Counted from the first letter of the stretch, positions 11,437 through 25,353 are shown. The stretch: 64,000 nucleotides of DNA from an uncultured Gemmatimonadales bacterium (GCA_963707505.1 CAVPQB010000005.1:64001-128000); one strand, 5' to 3'. A program made the numbers and translations. The notes: a model not told the origin generated them from the letters alone.

Positions 11437-12929
11437 TCCGGTCGGAGGGTCGGAAAGAGAATTACGTCGCGGATGTGCTGGATTCCGGTGAGATACATGA
11501 GCAGACGATCGATTCCTATCCCGACCCCGCCTGCTGGTGGCATGCCGTACTCCATCGCGCGGAGATAATCCTCGTCGACGCCGGCAGCTTCGAGATCGCC
11601 GGCAGCCCGCAACCGCGCCTGCGCCTCGAACCGCTCGCGCTGATCGATCGGATCGTTCAGCTCGCTGAATGCGTTGGCGAGCTCGCGTCCGTTGGCGAAC
11701 AGCTCGAACCGTTCAGTAAGCCGCGCGTCGCCGCGCTTGGGCTTGGCCAGCGGCGACAGCTCGAGCGGATAATCCACCACGAACGTCGGCTCGACAATCT
11801 TCGACTCCACAAGCAGCTGGAATATCTCGTCCATCAGCTTGGGGCGGCTCATCGTGGCCGCGCGCGGAACACCGAGTCGCGTCGCGTGCTGTATCAATCC
11901 CTCGTGATCGAGCGCGAGAATATCGGCGCCAAGTCCAGCGTTGATTGCTCCAAGCCACTCGATGCGCCTGAACGGTGTCGTGAACACAGGCACCACCTCG
12001 GCGAACGATTCCACACCGCGCACCGCATCGGCGGCAGCTACGATGAGTCGCTCGACGACGTCCATCATCACTTCGTAATCGGCGTACGCCTCGTAGAACT
12101 CGAGCATCGTGAATTCCGGATTGTGCGTCCGGTCGACGCCCTCGTTTCTGAAGTCGTGTCCGATCTCATACACGCGCTCCATTCCGCCGATGATCAGCCG
12201 CTTGAGATACAACTCGTCGGCGATACGGAGATACAGCGCCATATCCAACGCGTTGTGCTGCGTCACGAATGGACGTGCTGCCGCTCCACCGTACAGCGGT
12301 TGCAGCACGGGTGTCTCCACTTCGAGATATCCACGCGCGTCCAGAAACGAGCGGATCGCGCCGGTCATTCGCGCCCGCGCGACGAACGTCGCGCGCACTT
12401 CAGGATTCACCGCAAGATCGGCGTAACGCTGACGGAACCGCTGCTCCGGATCGCTGAATCCCATGTGCCGGACGACGGATCCGTCGGCCGCGGTTTCTTC
12501 CTTGGCGAACGGCAGCGGACGAAGCGACTTGGCGAGGACGTCGAACGCAGCCACGCGAATCGTTGGCTCGCCACTTCGCGTGCGAAATACCACACCACTC
12601 ACGCCAATCACGTCGCCAATGTCGAGCATGTCGATCAGCGAATACGCGTCGCCCAGATCGTCGCGCCGGAAGTACAACTGAACGCGACCGGTTGCGTCGG
12701 CCAGATGCGCGAACGCTGTCTTGCCGTGTGCGCGCATCGAGACGATTCGCCCCGCCACGCTCACGCGCTCGGACGACTCGCCGGACTGATCTTCCGGAGC
12801 GAGCGAAACCGCGTGCTGCGCAGTCGAGGTGCGATCGAAGCTGTATGCAAACGGCTCTATGCCACGCGCGCGCATCGCGTCGAGCTTCTCGCGTCGCGCG
12901 GCCATCAGGAAGTGCAGCTCGTCCGTCAT
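11433..12929 (-). CDS. lysS: Lysine--tRNA ligase (class II)
   Basis: [49 protein letters not shown]. Confidence 0.97.
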   Translation of the reverse strand: MTDELHFLMAARREKLDAMRARGIEPFAYSFDRTSTAQHAVSLAPEDQSGESSERVSVAGRIVSMRAHGKTAFAHLADATGRVQLYFRRDDLGDAYSLIDMLDIGDVIGVSGVVFRTRSGEPTIRVAAFDVLAKSLRPLPFAKEETAADGSVVRHMGFSDPEQRFRQRYADLAVNPEVRATFVARARMTGAIRSFLDARGYLEVETPVLQPLYGGAAARPFVTQHNALDMALYLRIADELYLKRLIIGGMERVYEIGHDFRNEGVDRTHNPEFTMLEFYEAYADYEVMMDVVERLIVAAADAVRGVESFAEVVPVFTTPFRRIEWLGAINAGLGADILALDHEGLIQHATRLGVPRAATMSRPKLMDEIFQLLVESKIVEPTFVVDYPLELSPLAKPKRGDARLTERFELFANGRELANAFSELNDPIDQRERFEAQARLRAAGDLEAAGVDEDYLRAMEYGMPPAGGVGIGIDRLLMYLTGIQHIRDVILFPTLRPE

Positions 12930-14045
12930 GACTCCGTGCTCCCCTGCTCCGCCTGCATCTTCAGGTACGCTTCGATGAACGGATCGATTCCGCCATCCAT
13001 CACCTTCTGCACGTCGGGAATCTTGAGCTCGGTGCGGTGGTCGTTGACCATTGTGTAGGGTTGAAACACATAGCTCCGCGTCTGATTGCCGAAGCTCACC
13101 GACGTCTTGGACGCATCGACCTTCGCCTTCTCGGCTTCACGCCTGGCGACCTCGGCCTGGTACAGCTTGTTCTTCAACATCTTGAGCGCAGTCGCCTTGT
13201 TCTTGTATTGCGAACGCTCCTGCTGCGACGCAGTCACGAGTCCGCTCGGAATGTGCGTGATACGAACCGCCGAGCTCGTCTTGTTGACGTGCTGGCCACC
13301 AGCACCGGATGCGCGATAAACGTCTATGCGGAGATCGTCTTCCTTGATCTCGATGTTGATCTCGTCGTTGACGACGGGATACACGAAGATCGAGGCAAAG
13401 CTCGTATGCCGGCGCGCGTTCGAATCGAACGGCGAAATGCGGACGAGACGGTGCACGCCCGCTTCCGGCTTGAGGAATCCGTACGCATGATCGCCGCTGA
13501 TCTCCAGAACGGCGCCCTTGATTCCCGCCTCCTCCCCTTCGCTCCTGTCGAGCACTTCTACCTTGAACCCGCGACGCTCGGCCCAGCGCGTGTACATGCG
13601 CATCAACATCTCGGCCCAGTCCTGCGCCTCGGTGCCGCCGGCGCCCGCCGCGATCTCGACCTGCGCGTCACGGAAGTCATCCTCGCCGCGGAGCAGCGAG
13701 CGCAGCTCGAAAGCGCCGAGCGCGTCATCGATGGATTCGAGCTCGGCGTCGAGATCGGCGAGCATTTCAGCGTCGGGCGATTCACGCAGCATCTCGTCCA
13801 GCTCGACTGCGCTGCGAACGCGGGCGTCGAGCGCCTCGAACGGATCGATCCATGTTTTGAGAATCTTGGTTTCCTTCACCACGCCCTGAGCGGCCTCGCG
13901 GTCGTCCCAGAATTCGGGCTCGGCCGTGCGCGCGTCGAACGCCGTCAGGCGCTCCTGTTTTCCGGCGATGTCAAAGATACCTCCGCAGTTCGGCGAGGCG
14001 TTGCGTGGCGCGCTCGAGTAAGCGCGCCCGTTCGTGATCCAGCAT
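12926..14045 (-). CDS. prfB: Peptide chain release factor 2 with programmed +1 frameshift
   Basis: ATG at 14045 gives 24 codons ending ..CGG AGG TAT CTT TGA C (stop 13973-13971); +1 frame continues [14 protein letters not shown] into the ORF with SPF and GGQ motifs. Confidence 0.96.
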
Positions 14046-14100
14046 GATTGATTATAGGTCCGAGATTTCGAAATTCGTTCACACCAAGCGAGCTACGAAG

Positions 14101-14265
14101 CGTCATCCCCGCGAATGAAACGTCATCCCCGCGAAATGAAACGTCATCCCCGCGAAAAAAACGTCATCCCCGCGAAAGCGGGGATCCATCTGCTGCCGGC
14201 TCGCCCCGTGCTGTCACCGCACCGAAAGAACGATAACATGGATCCCCGCTTTCGCGGGAATGACG
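14101..14265. repeat. REP-like palindromic element (inverted pair) with three stuttered partial copies
   Basis: CGTCATCCCCGCGAA at 14101, 14121, 14142, 14162; full CGTCATCCCCGCGAAAGCGGGGATCCAT at 14162-14189 and its inverted copy (one mismatch) at 14238-14265. Confidence 0.85.
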
Positions 14266-14287
14266 ACATCGTGCAATGCGGCGTGTC

Positions 14288-15007
14288 CTAGAAAAGCTTC
14301 TTGCCGCTTGCGAGAACGTCGTTCAGCGCATCCTGAAAATGCGTGGTCGATCCTGCAAAGTCACGTCCCACCTGATCGACGTATTCCTCGTAGCTCTTTT
14401 TGATCTCATCGCGGAACAACGTCTTGAGCGTCCCGTCACGCAGGCCTTCGGCGTGGCGCGCGGGATGGTATGCGACGATATCCGACACGAGAGCGCGCGC
14501 GAGACGCTTTGCGCGCAACGCGGGATCACGCGTGAGAAACGGATTGATCGGCCGGCGCTGACTCGCATCCGCGTCCGCCGGCGCGATAGCCGGCGCAACC
14601 GATGGCTTGGGCGCTGCCCACGAAGACTCCATCACACTCGCCGCCGTACTCACGGCGGCCGGAGCGGCCGGCGAAGCAGCATGCGCTGGCTCGGCGGTGA
14701 CCGGCTCGGCAGTGACTGGCTCGGCAGGCGCACGGTACTTTGGCGGCTCGGCAGCTGCCGACTCAGGCTCATTCGGAGCGGCTGGCGCGGCGCCCGCCGA
14801 TTCAGGCGCGTGAGCTTCACTCTCAGCGTGCTCTGGTGCCGCGTGCTCGGCTTCGGCTCGTTGCGGTGCAGCGACGTGCGGCGCGGGAACGGTGATTACC
14901 GCGGAGCAGACCGAGCAGCGCGCGCGAACGCCGGCAGCCGGAACCTTGTTCGGGTCCAGCTCGAACTCGGTCAGGCACGAGGAACACTGTACGACCATTG
15001 GCGTCAT
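14288..15007 (-). CDS. MJ0042-type zinc-ribbon protein with Ala/Pro/Glu linker and RomX-like C-terminal domain
   Basis: CSSCLTEFEL..RARCSVC N-terminus; low-complexity linker; C-terminal RLARALVSDIVAYH..ALNDVL domain. Confidence 0.8.
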   Translation of the reverse strand: MTPMVVQCSSCLTEFELDPNKVPAAGVRARCSVCSAVITVPAPHVAAPQRAEAEHAAPEHAESEAHAPESAGAAPAAPNEPESAAAEPPKYRAPAEPVTAEPVTAEPAHAASPAAPAAVSTAASVMESSWAAPKPSVAPAIAPADADASQRRPINPFLTRDPALRAKRLARALVSDIVAYHPARHAEGLRDGTLKTLFRDEIKKSYEEYVDQVGRDFAGSTTHFQDALNDVLASGKKLF

Positions 15008-16005
15008 TGGCGGGCACCTGTTTCAGTCAACTGCGGCGTCTGGATCTCGGAGCGGTCATCTGTTCGTCTGTCGATGGCGTACACCGATCCGGGAAGCGTC
15101 TTCGCGTACGTCTTCATTTCGGTAGCAAGTGCGCTCACACCCACGGAGCTCGTGAACGTGCGCCGTTCGTTCGTAACGACGCCGATCGAAAGTGTCATCA
15201 AGGGAACGCGATGTAGCTGCCCACGTCTGTCCTTCCCGAAAAAATAGCCTGCGCGCCGGTCATTCTCGGAATACTGATACGCGATGAGCGTATCAAATGT
15301 CTGGACGATTTCAGTGCACACATCGTCAACTCGGTCGCGAGGAATCAGGAAAATAAAATCGTCTCCGCCGATATGACCCACGAATCCATCGTCGCCGACC
15401 AGGCCGCGAACGGTATCGTGAAGCAGGGCCGCGAGCAGGCGAATTACCCGGTCGCCCTCGACATAGCTGTAGCGATCATTGAATTCCTTGAAGTGATCGA
15501 GGTCAGCGTAACAGGCGGCGAATGCCGTATCGAGCCGGTCCCGAATTGCGTCGTGAATCGCCGGCGCCCCAGGAAGCCGTGTCGAAGGATGGACGTTGAC
15601 GTCACGATCCGAGCGCGCGAGCGTGCAGCGCAGCCGTGTCAGTGTCTCCGCGTCGTCCATCTCCGCCGACACCACGTCGTCGGCCAGTGCATCCAGCGCC
15701 TCTATGCGTGACGGCATGCCGTCGGGCGCGACGTACATGACCGGAACGACTCCGGTAAACGGATCGCGCTTGATCTTGCGGCACGCAGCGAGCGGATGTC
15801 CAACCGACGTTCGGCCGTCTATGATGATAAAGCGCGGCCGCGAGCGCAGAGCATAGACCATCAGCTCGTCGATCGACGTGACCGGAACGACCGTCACCGG
15901 CTGGCGATCGACCCACCCCGCAACCGACGGAGGGAGTTGGGCCTCCACGGCCTGAAGGAGCAAGGCAATGGGGAGCTGGGGGCTTGAAAGCGACTGGTCC
16001 GTCAT
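15004..16005 (-). CDS. Diguanylate cyclase (degenerate receiver-like domain plus GGDEF)
   Basis: DLDHFKEFNDRY..GD, GHIGGDDF motif; N-terminal REC-like segment (PRFIIIDG, LDALADDVV). Confidence 0.85.
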   Translation of the reverse strand: MTDQSLSSPQLPIALLLQAVEAQLPPSVAGWVDRQPVTVVPVTSIDELMVYALRSRPRFIIIDGRTSVGHPLAACRKIKRDPFTGVVPVMYVAPDGMPSRIEALDALADDVVSAEMDDAETLTRLRCTLARSDRDVNVHPSTRLPGAPAIHDAIRDRLDTAFAACYADLDHFKEFNDRYSYVEGDRVIRLLAALLHDTVRGLVGDDGFVGHIGGDDFIFLIPRDRVDDVCTEIVQTFDTLIAYQYSENDRRAGYFFGKDRRGQLHRVPLMTLSIGVVTNERRTFTSSVGVSALATEMKTYAKTLPGSVYAIDRRTDDRSEIQTPQLTETGARQ

Positions 16006-16105
16006 CTCGATCCCTGGAAGATAACCGCACAGGCAGGCATCGCGGCAGCCTCATAAGGTACTTGTGCGGCCGGCCTGCGCCGACCTCTACAACCTGCCAC
16101 GCAAC

Positions 16106-17086
16106 CTACCACAAATATCGGAGCGAGAAATACGTCGGGGGTTTGTCGTTCGTCCCTGTGAGACCGCCGTATGTCCGTCCAATATCAAACACTAGTTTAC
16201 CTGATTGGAGTCCTACACCTATTGCACCACCGGAGCCGTTTGCCGGGTCGCGGATGTAGCCAGCCCTGACGTGCAGCCGCTGGTCGACGACGATGTCGGT
16301 GCCGAGCCGAGCGGTGGTGCTATCCATCTTGACTGTCGAGACCAGGTCCGCGGCACCATGAACTTCGACGCTATCGTTGCCACGGGCGAATGCGACGACT
16401 TTGTAATCGGCGCCGAGGTCGATGCGGCCCGGCCGGCCCGCCACGCCGGCGATGCCCAGGTTACGAGCGGCTGCCGCGAGAGTGAGCGGAATTTCGTCGG
16501 GCCGGAACTGCATGCCGATGTCGAACCCGTTGGACCTGGAGCTGGCGATACCGAGTCCGCTGCAAACCCCGGAGCACGGAATTCCGGCCTCCACATGTTT
16601 TGCGGTCACACCTAACGCCAGCCAGGGGACGGGCGCCACTGCGTAAGTTGCTGCCACGGAGTAGTCTGTGGGGCTGGCGACGCCGATGCTGTTCCCCTGA
16701 TCGTCAGTAAGTGTCTGCTGCCCGAGATCGAGCACGTTTACCAGAAGACCGAACGCCGTCTTTTTGTTCGTCGGCCAGACCAGGGCGAGCGCATTACCCT
16801 GGCCTACGACCGTCGTGGAATGATGGAGCGCGATCTCGTGCGACTGCGGACCGTTACCGACAATGCCGGACGGGTTCCACCACAGCAGGTCACTGCCGCC
16901 GCGCTGCGCGACCACAGCCTCGCCCATTCCGACGGCGCGAGCGCCGACGGGCAGCAGCAGGAATATTCCCTCCTGGCCGGACTGTGCGAGCGAGGTGCGC
17001 GGGTACGCGACCGCGGCAGCCACGGCGAATGCTGCCAGGAATGCAGCTACGGTGGTTGCGGCTCGATCTGTCAGGATGCGCGCCAC
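16106..17086 (-). CDS. PorV/PorQ-family outer membrane beta-barrel
   Basis: Signal peptide; FLLLPVGARAVGMGEA..LWWNPSGI motif; C-terminal YFSLRYLW. Confidence 0.7.
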   Translation of the reverse strand: MARILTDRAATTVAAFLAAFAVAAAVAYPRTSLAQSGQEGIFLLLPVGARAVGMGEAVVAQRGGSDLLWWNPSGIVGNGPQSHEIALHHSTTVVGQGNALALVWPTNKKTAFGLLVNVLDLGQQTLTDDQGNSIGVASPTDYSVAATYAVAPVPWLALGVTAKHVEAGIPCSGVCSGLGIASSRSNGFDIGMQFRPDEIPLTLAAAARNLGIAGVAGRPGRIDLGADYKVVAFARGNDSVEVHGAADLVSTVKMDSTTARLGTDIVVDQRLHVRAGYIRDPANGSGGAIGVGLQSGKLVFDIGRTYGGLTGTNDKPPTYFSLRYLW

Positions 17087-17087
17087 G

Positions 17088-17255
17088 CTATACCGGCGTC
17101 GCCTCGTCGATCAGCATTATCGGGATCCCGTCGCGCACCGGATATTTGAGCTTGTCACGCTGGCACGTCAACGCATCCTCTGCCTCGTTGTATTCCAGTG
17201 GTCCCTTGCACTTGGGGCAGACGAGTATTTCGAGGAGCTGCGGTGCTAGTGGCAT
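17088..17255 (-). CDS. Trm112/YcaR-family small protein
   Basis: MPLAPQLLEILVCPKCKGPL..YPVRDGIPIMLIDEA. Confidence 0.88.
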   Translation of the reverse strand: MPLAPQLLEILVCPKCKGPLEYNEAEDALTCQRDKLKYPVRDGIPIMLIDEATPV

Positions 17256-17262
17256 GTTGGCT

Positions 17263-18131
17263 TCAGTCGTGTGTGGTGTAACCGAAGCGGCGAAGTGCCG
17301 CTGCGTCCTTTCTCCAATTCTGCAATACTTTGACCCAAAGGTCGAGGTACACGGTTGCGCCGACGAGAGTTTCAATCTTTTTGCGGGCAGCGGTGCCGAG
17401 GAGCTTGATACGTTTTCCCTTCTCGCCGATGAGTATCCGCTTCTGGCTATCGCGTTCGACGTGAATTACGGCACGAATGTAAATCGGCGAGCGATCTTCG
17501 CGAAATTCTTCGATCTCGCAAGCGACGCTGTACGGCACCTCGGCGCCGAGCTGCTCGAGCGCCGTCTCTCGATCAGCTCCGCTGCAAGAAAGCGGACTGA
17601 ATGGATGCTTACGTCTTCGACCGGAAACAGGAACGGGCTTTCGGGAAGATAGCTCTCGATGGCGGCGACGAGCGCCGGAAATCCCTCGCCTGTGAGCGCG
17701 GAGATGAAGATAGCCTCCGGCAGCGCCAGGGCGAGCTTCTCGCGGTCTCGACGATGGAGAAGATCGGATTTATTGAGTGCGACGATGGTTGGCGCGCGTG
17801 GTGGAGATTCCAGTCCAGCGACCTCGTATAGAGGACCCGGGACACCCTCGCGTGCGTCACACACGTAGACTATGCAGTCGGCGTCGCGGAGCGCCGAGAC
17901 TGCGGCGGACTGCATGGCGGTCTGGAGCAGATAGCCCGGATCCAGCAGTCCGGGGGTATCGGCCAGGATCATCTGGGTATCGCCCTCGGTGCGGATCCCG
18001 ACGACGCGATCGCGGGTGGACTGTGGCTTGTCGCTGGTGATGCTGAGCTTCTGACCGACGATGCGGTTTAGGAGCGTCGATTTGCCGGCGTTCGGTTTTC
18101 CCGCGACGGTGACGGTTCCGGCTCTGGTCAT
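17263..18131 (-). CDS. era: GTPase Era (frameshift near 17560)
   Basis: GKPNAGKSTL, ITSDKPQSTR, DTPG, NKSD; KH domain VERDSQKRILIG..VYLDLWVKV in the second frame. Confidence 0.93.
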
Positions 18132-18148
18132 GGTGGTTATGGAAAATA

Positions 18149-18180
18149 CAAAAGGCCGTCCAGTGATGGACGGCCTTTTG
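18149..18180 (-). terminator. rrn operon intrinsic terminator
   Basis: caaaaggccgtcca-gtga-tggacggccttttg hairpin just 3' of the 5S gene. Confidence 0.8.
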
Positions 18181-18187
18181 AAAAAGG

Positions 18188-18306
18188 TGCCGGCGACGGC
18201 CTACTCTCCCGCGATCCTCTCGAACGGAGTACCATCGGCGCTGTAGGGCTTAACGACCGTGTTCGGAATGGGAACGGGTGTGGCCCCTACGCTCTAGTCG
18301 CCAGCG
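18188..18306 (-). rRNA. rrf: 5S rRNA
   Basis: Minus strand contains CACACCCGTTCCCATTCCGAACACGG..GCCGATGGTACT..GGGAGAGTAGG; ends approximate. Confidence 0.95.
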
Positions 18307-18432
18307 TATCAGGAAATGACTTTGGATTGTAGTAGTGATCGTGTGATGTTCGAATCAACACGTTAGATCGCTGTTTTCTGCTGAGTCGACCGTCGGTTGC
18401 CAGGCAAGGAATGCTCGGACCAGCCCATATAA

Positions 18433-21405
<2,973 letters not shown>

Positions 21406-21852
21406 ACATTAGATGTCAAGCATGATTCAAACAGGCCCTGGGGCCTGCATCAATACGCGCGATCTAACGAGTGATTCATTTGGACTCTCGGAGCGTTAAG
21501 CTCTTTGAGACAAATCGAGCCCTGACCCGAAGGTCAGAGCATCTTGAAATTGTGTCACTAGTGTTGATTCTCAGTACCAGGATCTTATCAGGTCCCAGTA
21601 CTCAAATCCCACGATCACTACTACTTTCCGTTGTCAAAAAGCTTTGAGCTATAAGCGCTCTGTCGCTTCTGCTTAAGGACTTAGCTCAAGTCGCTCAAAT
21701 ACTTTCGAGCTTGAGCATCTGCAGAATGCGATTCGACTCGTTTTATATGGAAATCGAGATTGAGATCGGATGTTACGAGACGAGCGACACGTGAGTGCTT
21801 TCCGGCAAGGCATGCCTGGTTGCCAGGCTTGTCAGCCTTACTCGCCGCTCCG

Positions 21853-23383
<1,531 letters not shown>

Positions 23384-23596
23384 TTAGAAGATTTGATTGC
23401 TCTTCCGAACGCGGTCATCTCCAGACGTAAGCCCGTAGACTTCCACGTCCGGAATCACTTTGAATGAATATTCAGGTTCTGAACTCTCCCCGAAGCCCTG
23501 AATGGCCTCGGATCAACGAGCTCAGCCTCGCACATCCATCGATCTCAATTTCGATTTTCAATCAGCGTTTCGCCACATTTTCAGTGGCAGCCTTCC

Positions 23597-23625
23597 AACC
23601 TATCAATTCTACCCCTCTTTCGCAA
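23597..23625 (-). promoter_or_regulatory. Putative sigma70 rrn promoter
   Basis: Minus strand TTGCGA-17 nt-TAGGTT with A-rich UP-like tract upstream, about 210 nt before 16S. Confidence 0.55.
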
Positions 23626-23910
23626 GGGGCTTTTTGAACTTTCTTTAGACTTTTTTACCGCGCTTTTGTGCCACTGCACTCACCACGGTAACCGTGTCTG
23701 TACGCTCCGAAAATGCAATAGTTCCGGCTGCGTCCCGACGTCTCAATTCCAATCTCGAATCAGCAACAACTCAACAACAAATCAACAACAATTTCGCCAT
23801 GCTACGGCGGATGCGCATCCTAACGGAGACCGCACCGGAAAGGAACCCCTTGAAGCGCTTTTCTCACGCCTTCTCGACGACTCCATCCAAACCGTGCACC
23901 GCATAACAAG

Positions 23911-23984
23911 TGCCCCCTCTCGGAATCGAACCGAGAACCTACTGATTAAGAGTCAGTTGCTCTAACCAATTGAGCTAAGGAGGC
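23911..23984 (-). tRNA. tRNA-Lys(CTT)
   Basis: GCCTCCTTAGCTCAATTGGTTAGAGCAACTGACT-CTT-AATCAGTAGGTTCTCGGTTCGATTCCGAGAGGGGGCA. Confidence 0.95.
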
Positions 23985-24104
23985 GTTTCACTCCGAACTA
24001 CCAGCACCCACCGGCAACTCCGCACCCGTTCCACCACCGCTTGCCAAACCGAGCGGCAGAACACCGCCGAACCGCGTGGTCGCTCTCGCTCGTGACCTAC
24101 CAGG

Positions 24105-24181
24105 TGGTGCGCCAGGAGGGGATCGAACCCCCGACCTGCAGCTTAGAAGGCTGCCGCTCTATCCAACTGAGCTACTGGCGC
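24105..24181 (-). tRNA. tRNA-Arg(TCT)
   Basis: GCGCCAGTAGCTCAGTTGGATAGAGCGGCAGCCT-TCT-AAGCTGCAGGTCGGGGGTTCGATCCCCTCCTGGCGCACCA. Confidence 0.95.
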
Positions 24182-24268
24182 CGGACAGCCTCCCAATTTG
24201 GCGCGAACGAGGCAAAAATGGAACCCCCGCGCGCCGCGATATCACGGATAATGTCGCGCTGCCTCCAG

Positions 24269-24306
24269 CCCGCGACCACCCCGCGACCACCCCGCGACCA
24301 CCCCGC
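24269..24306. repeat. 11-bp tandem repeat, 3.5 copies
   Basis: (CCCGCGACCAC)3 CCCGC. Confidence 0.8.
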
Positions 24307-24443
24307 TACTGCCAAGCGGTGCCAACTGCTGGCAACCCGCGCATTACCACCCCGCGGGAACGCGCATTGCCACTCCATAAACCGACAATTCTCCGCAATC
24401 GAAAGCCACCCGGGCAGCCGGTACTCGGCCAGGAGCTTCACAA

Positions 24444-24869
24444 ATGCAATACGACGACTTTCTAGCACTCGTACAGGAGCACGCCGGGCTCAATAGCCGC
24501 ACACGCGCGCTGGACATCACGCGCGCCACGCTGGAGACGCTCGCCGAGCGCGTGGGGGCAGATACCGCGGATAACGTCGCATCGCAACTTCCGCCCGGAA
24601 TTGCGCGGTTCCTGCGGAATCGCACCGGTGGCGCGGGTGAGAGTTTTCGCGTAGATGAATTCGTGCGCCGCGTCGCTGAACGCGCGGACATCGATTCCGA
24701 TGAAGCGATTCGCGAGCTTCGGATCGTGCTGCAATCGCTGGCGGAAGCAGTCACCGAAGGCCAGGTGAATCACCTGTGGGCGGAGCTACCGGGCGAATAT
24801 CTCTCGCTGTTCGAGCCGACACAAAACTCCGGCCGCGCCGGCGCAATCGGGACTGACAAAAACAGGTGA
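24444..24869 (+). CDS. DUF2267-family protein
   Basis: MQYDDFLALVQEHAGL..RATLETLAER..VASQLP..EFVRRVAER..LAEAV..ELP pattern; AGGAG RBS. Confidence 0.8.
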   Translation: MQYDDFLALVQEHAGLNSRTRALDITRATLETLAERVGADTADNVASQLPPGIARFLRNRTGGAGESFRVDEFVRRVAERADIDSDEAIRELRIVLQSLAEAVTEGQVNHLWAELPGEYLSLFEPTQNSGRAGAIGTDKNR

Positions 24870-24882
24870 CAAACGCAGCGTA

Positions 24883-24927
24883 GCGAACACGAGATCGCGA
24901 ACACGAGATCGTGAACACGAGATCGCG
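24883..24927. repeat. 14-bp tandem repeat x3
   Basis: GCGAACACGAGATC GCGAACACGAGATC GTGAACACGAGATC GCG. Confidence 0.85.
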
Positions 24928-25066
24928 TTCACTGCGTCAAATGTGCGTCCAACATGCATCGCACGCGCGCCGCACGTACACATCAAACGCGCATCGCATG
25001 TGAACCACGGCGCGTCCAGTCGGTGAGACGGAGGTGAAGTTGCTTCGATTGCAGTGGGCGTGCGCG

Positions 25067-25102
25067 GTGACGTGTCGCACGTGACGTGTCGCACGTGACG
25101 TG
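25067..25102. repeat. 14-bp tandem repeat, 2.5 copies
   Basis: GTGACGTGTCGCAC x2 plus GTGACGTG. Confidence 0.8.
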
Positions 25103-25116
25103 CGCGTGCGTGGCCG

Positions 25117-25353
25117 CTAAGGCTTGCCCTCAAAACGCTCTCGGCGCGCTTGCTCAGCATGCTCCTGTCGCGCGAGGGCCGCAGGATCGTGCAACGCCAC
25201 AGCATCTGCGACTTGCGAAGTTCCAGGCTGGCCTGGGACCGGGGGTAATTGGGTCCAGTCAGACGTATCCGGTCGATACGCCCACATCGTTCCGTCGTCA
25301 CAAAGTGCGACGAGGTTGTGGACAGGTCCGGTGAGCTGAATGACGTGCCGCAT
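25117..25353 (-). CDS. Small hypothetical protein (78 aa)
   Basis: AGGAGA RBS 4 nt before ATG; protein-like sequence LVALCDDGTMW..WTQLPPVP. Confidence 0.6.
   Translation of the reverse strand: MRHVIQLTGPVHNLVALCDDGTMWAYRPDTSDWTQLPPVPGQPGTSQVADAVALHDPAALARQEHAEQARRERFEGKP

Noticed and set aside
9652..14047. Long plus-strand ORFs (638, 542, 336 aa) opposite lolCDE, lysS and prfB
   Set aside because: Antisense shadows typical of high-GC coding DNA; no motifs.
14101..14189. Possible mini CRISPR array
   Set aside because: Repeats are 15 bp separated by only 5-6 nt; no unique spacers and no cas genes.
15004..16005. Hypr-type (cGAMP-making) GGDEF
   Set aside because: The specificity position reads NDRYSYVEGD with Asp, not the Ser/Thr of Hypr enzymes.
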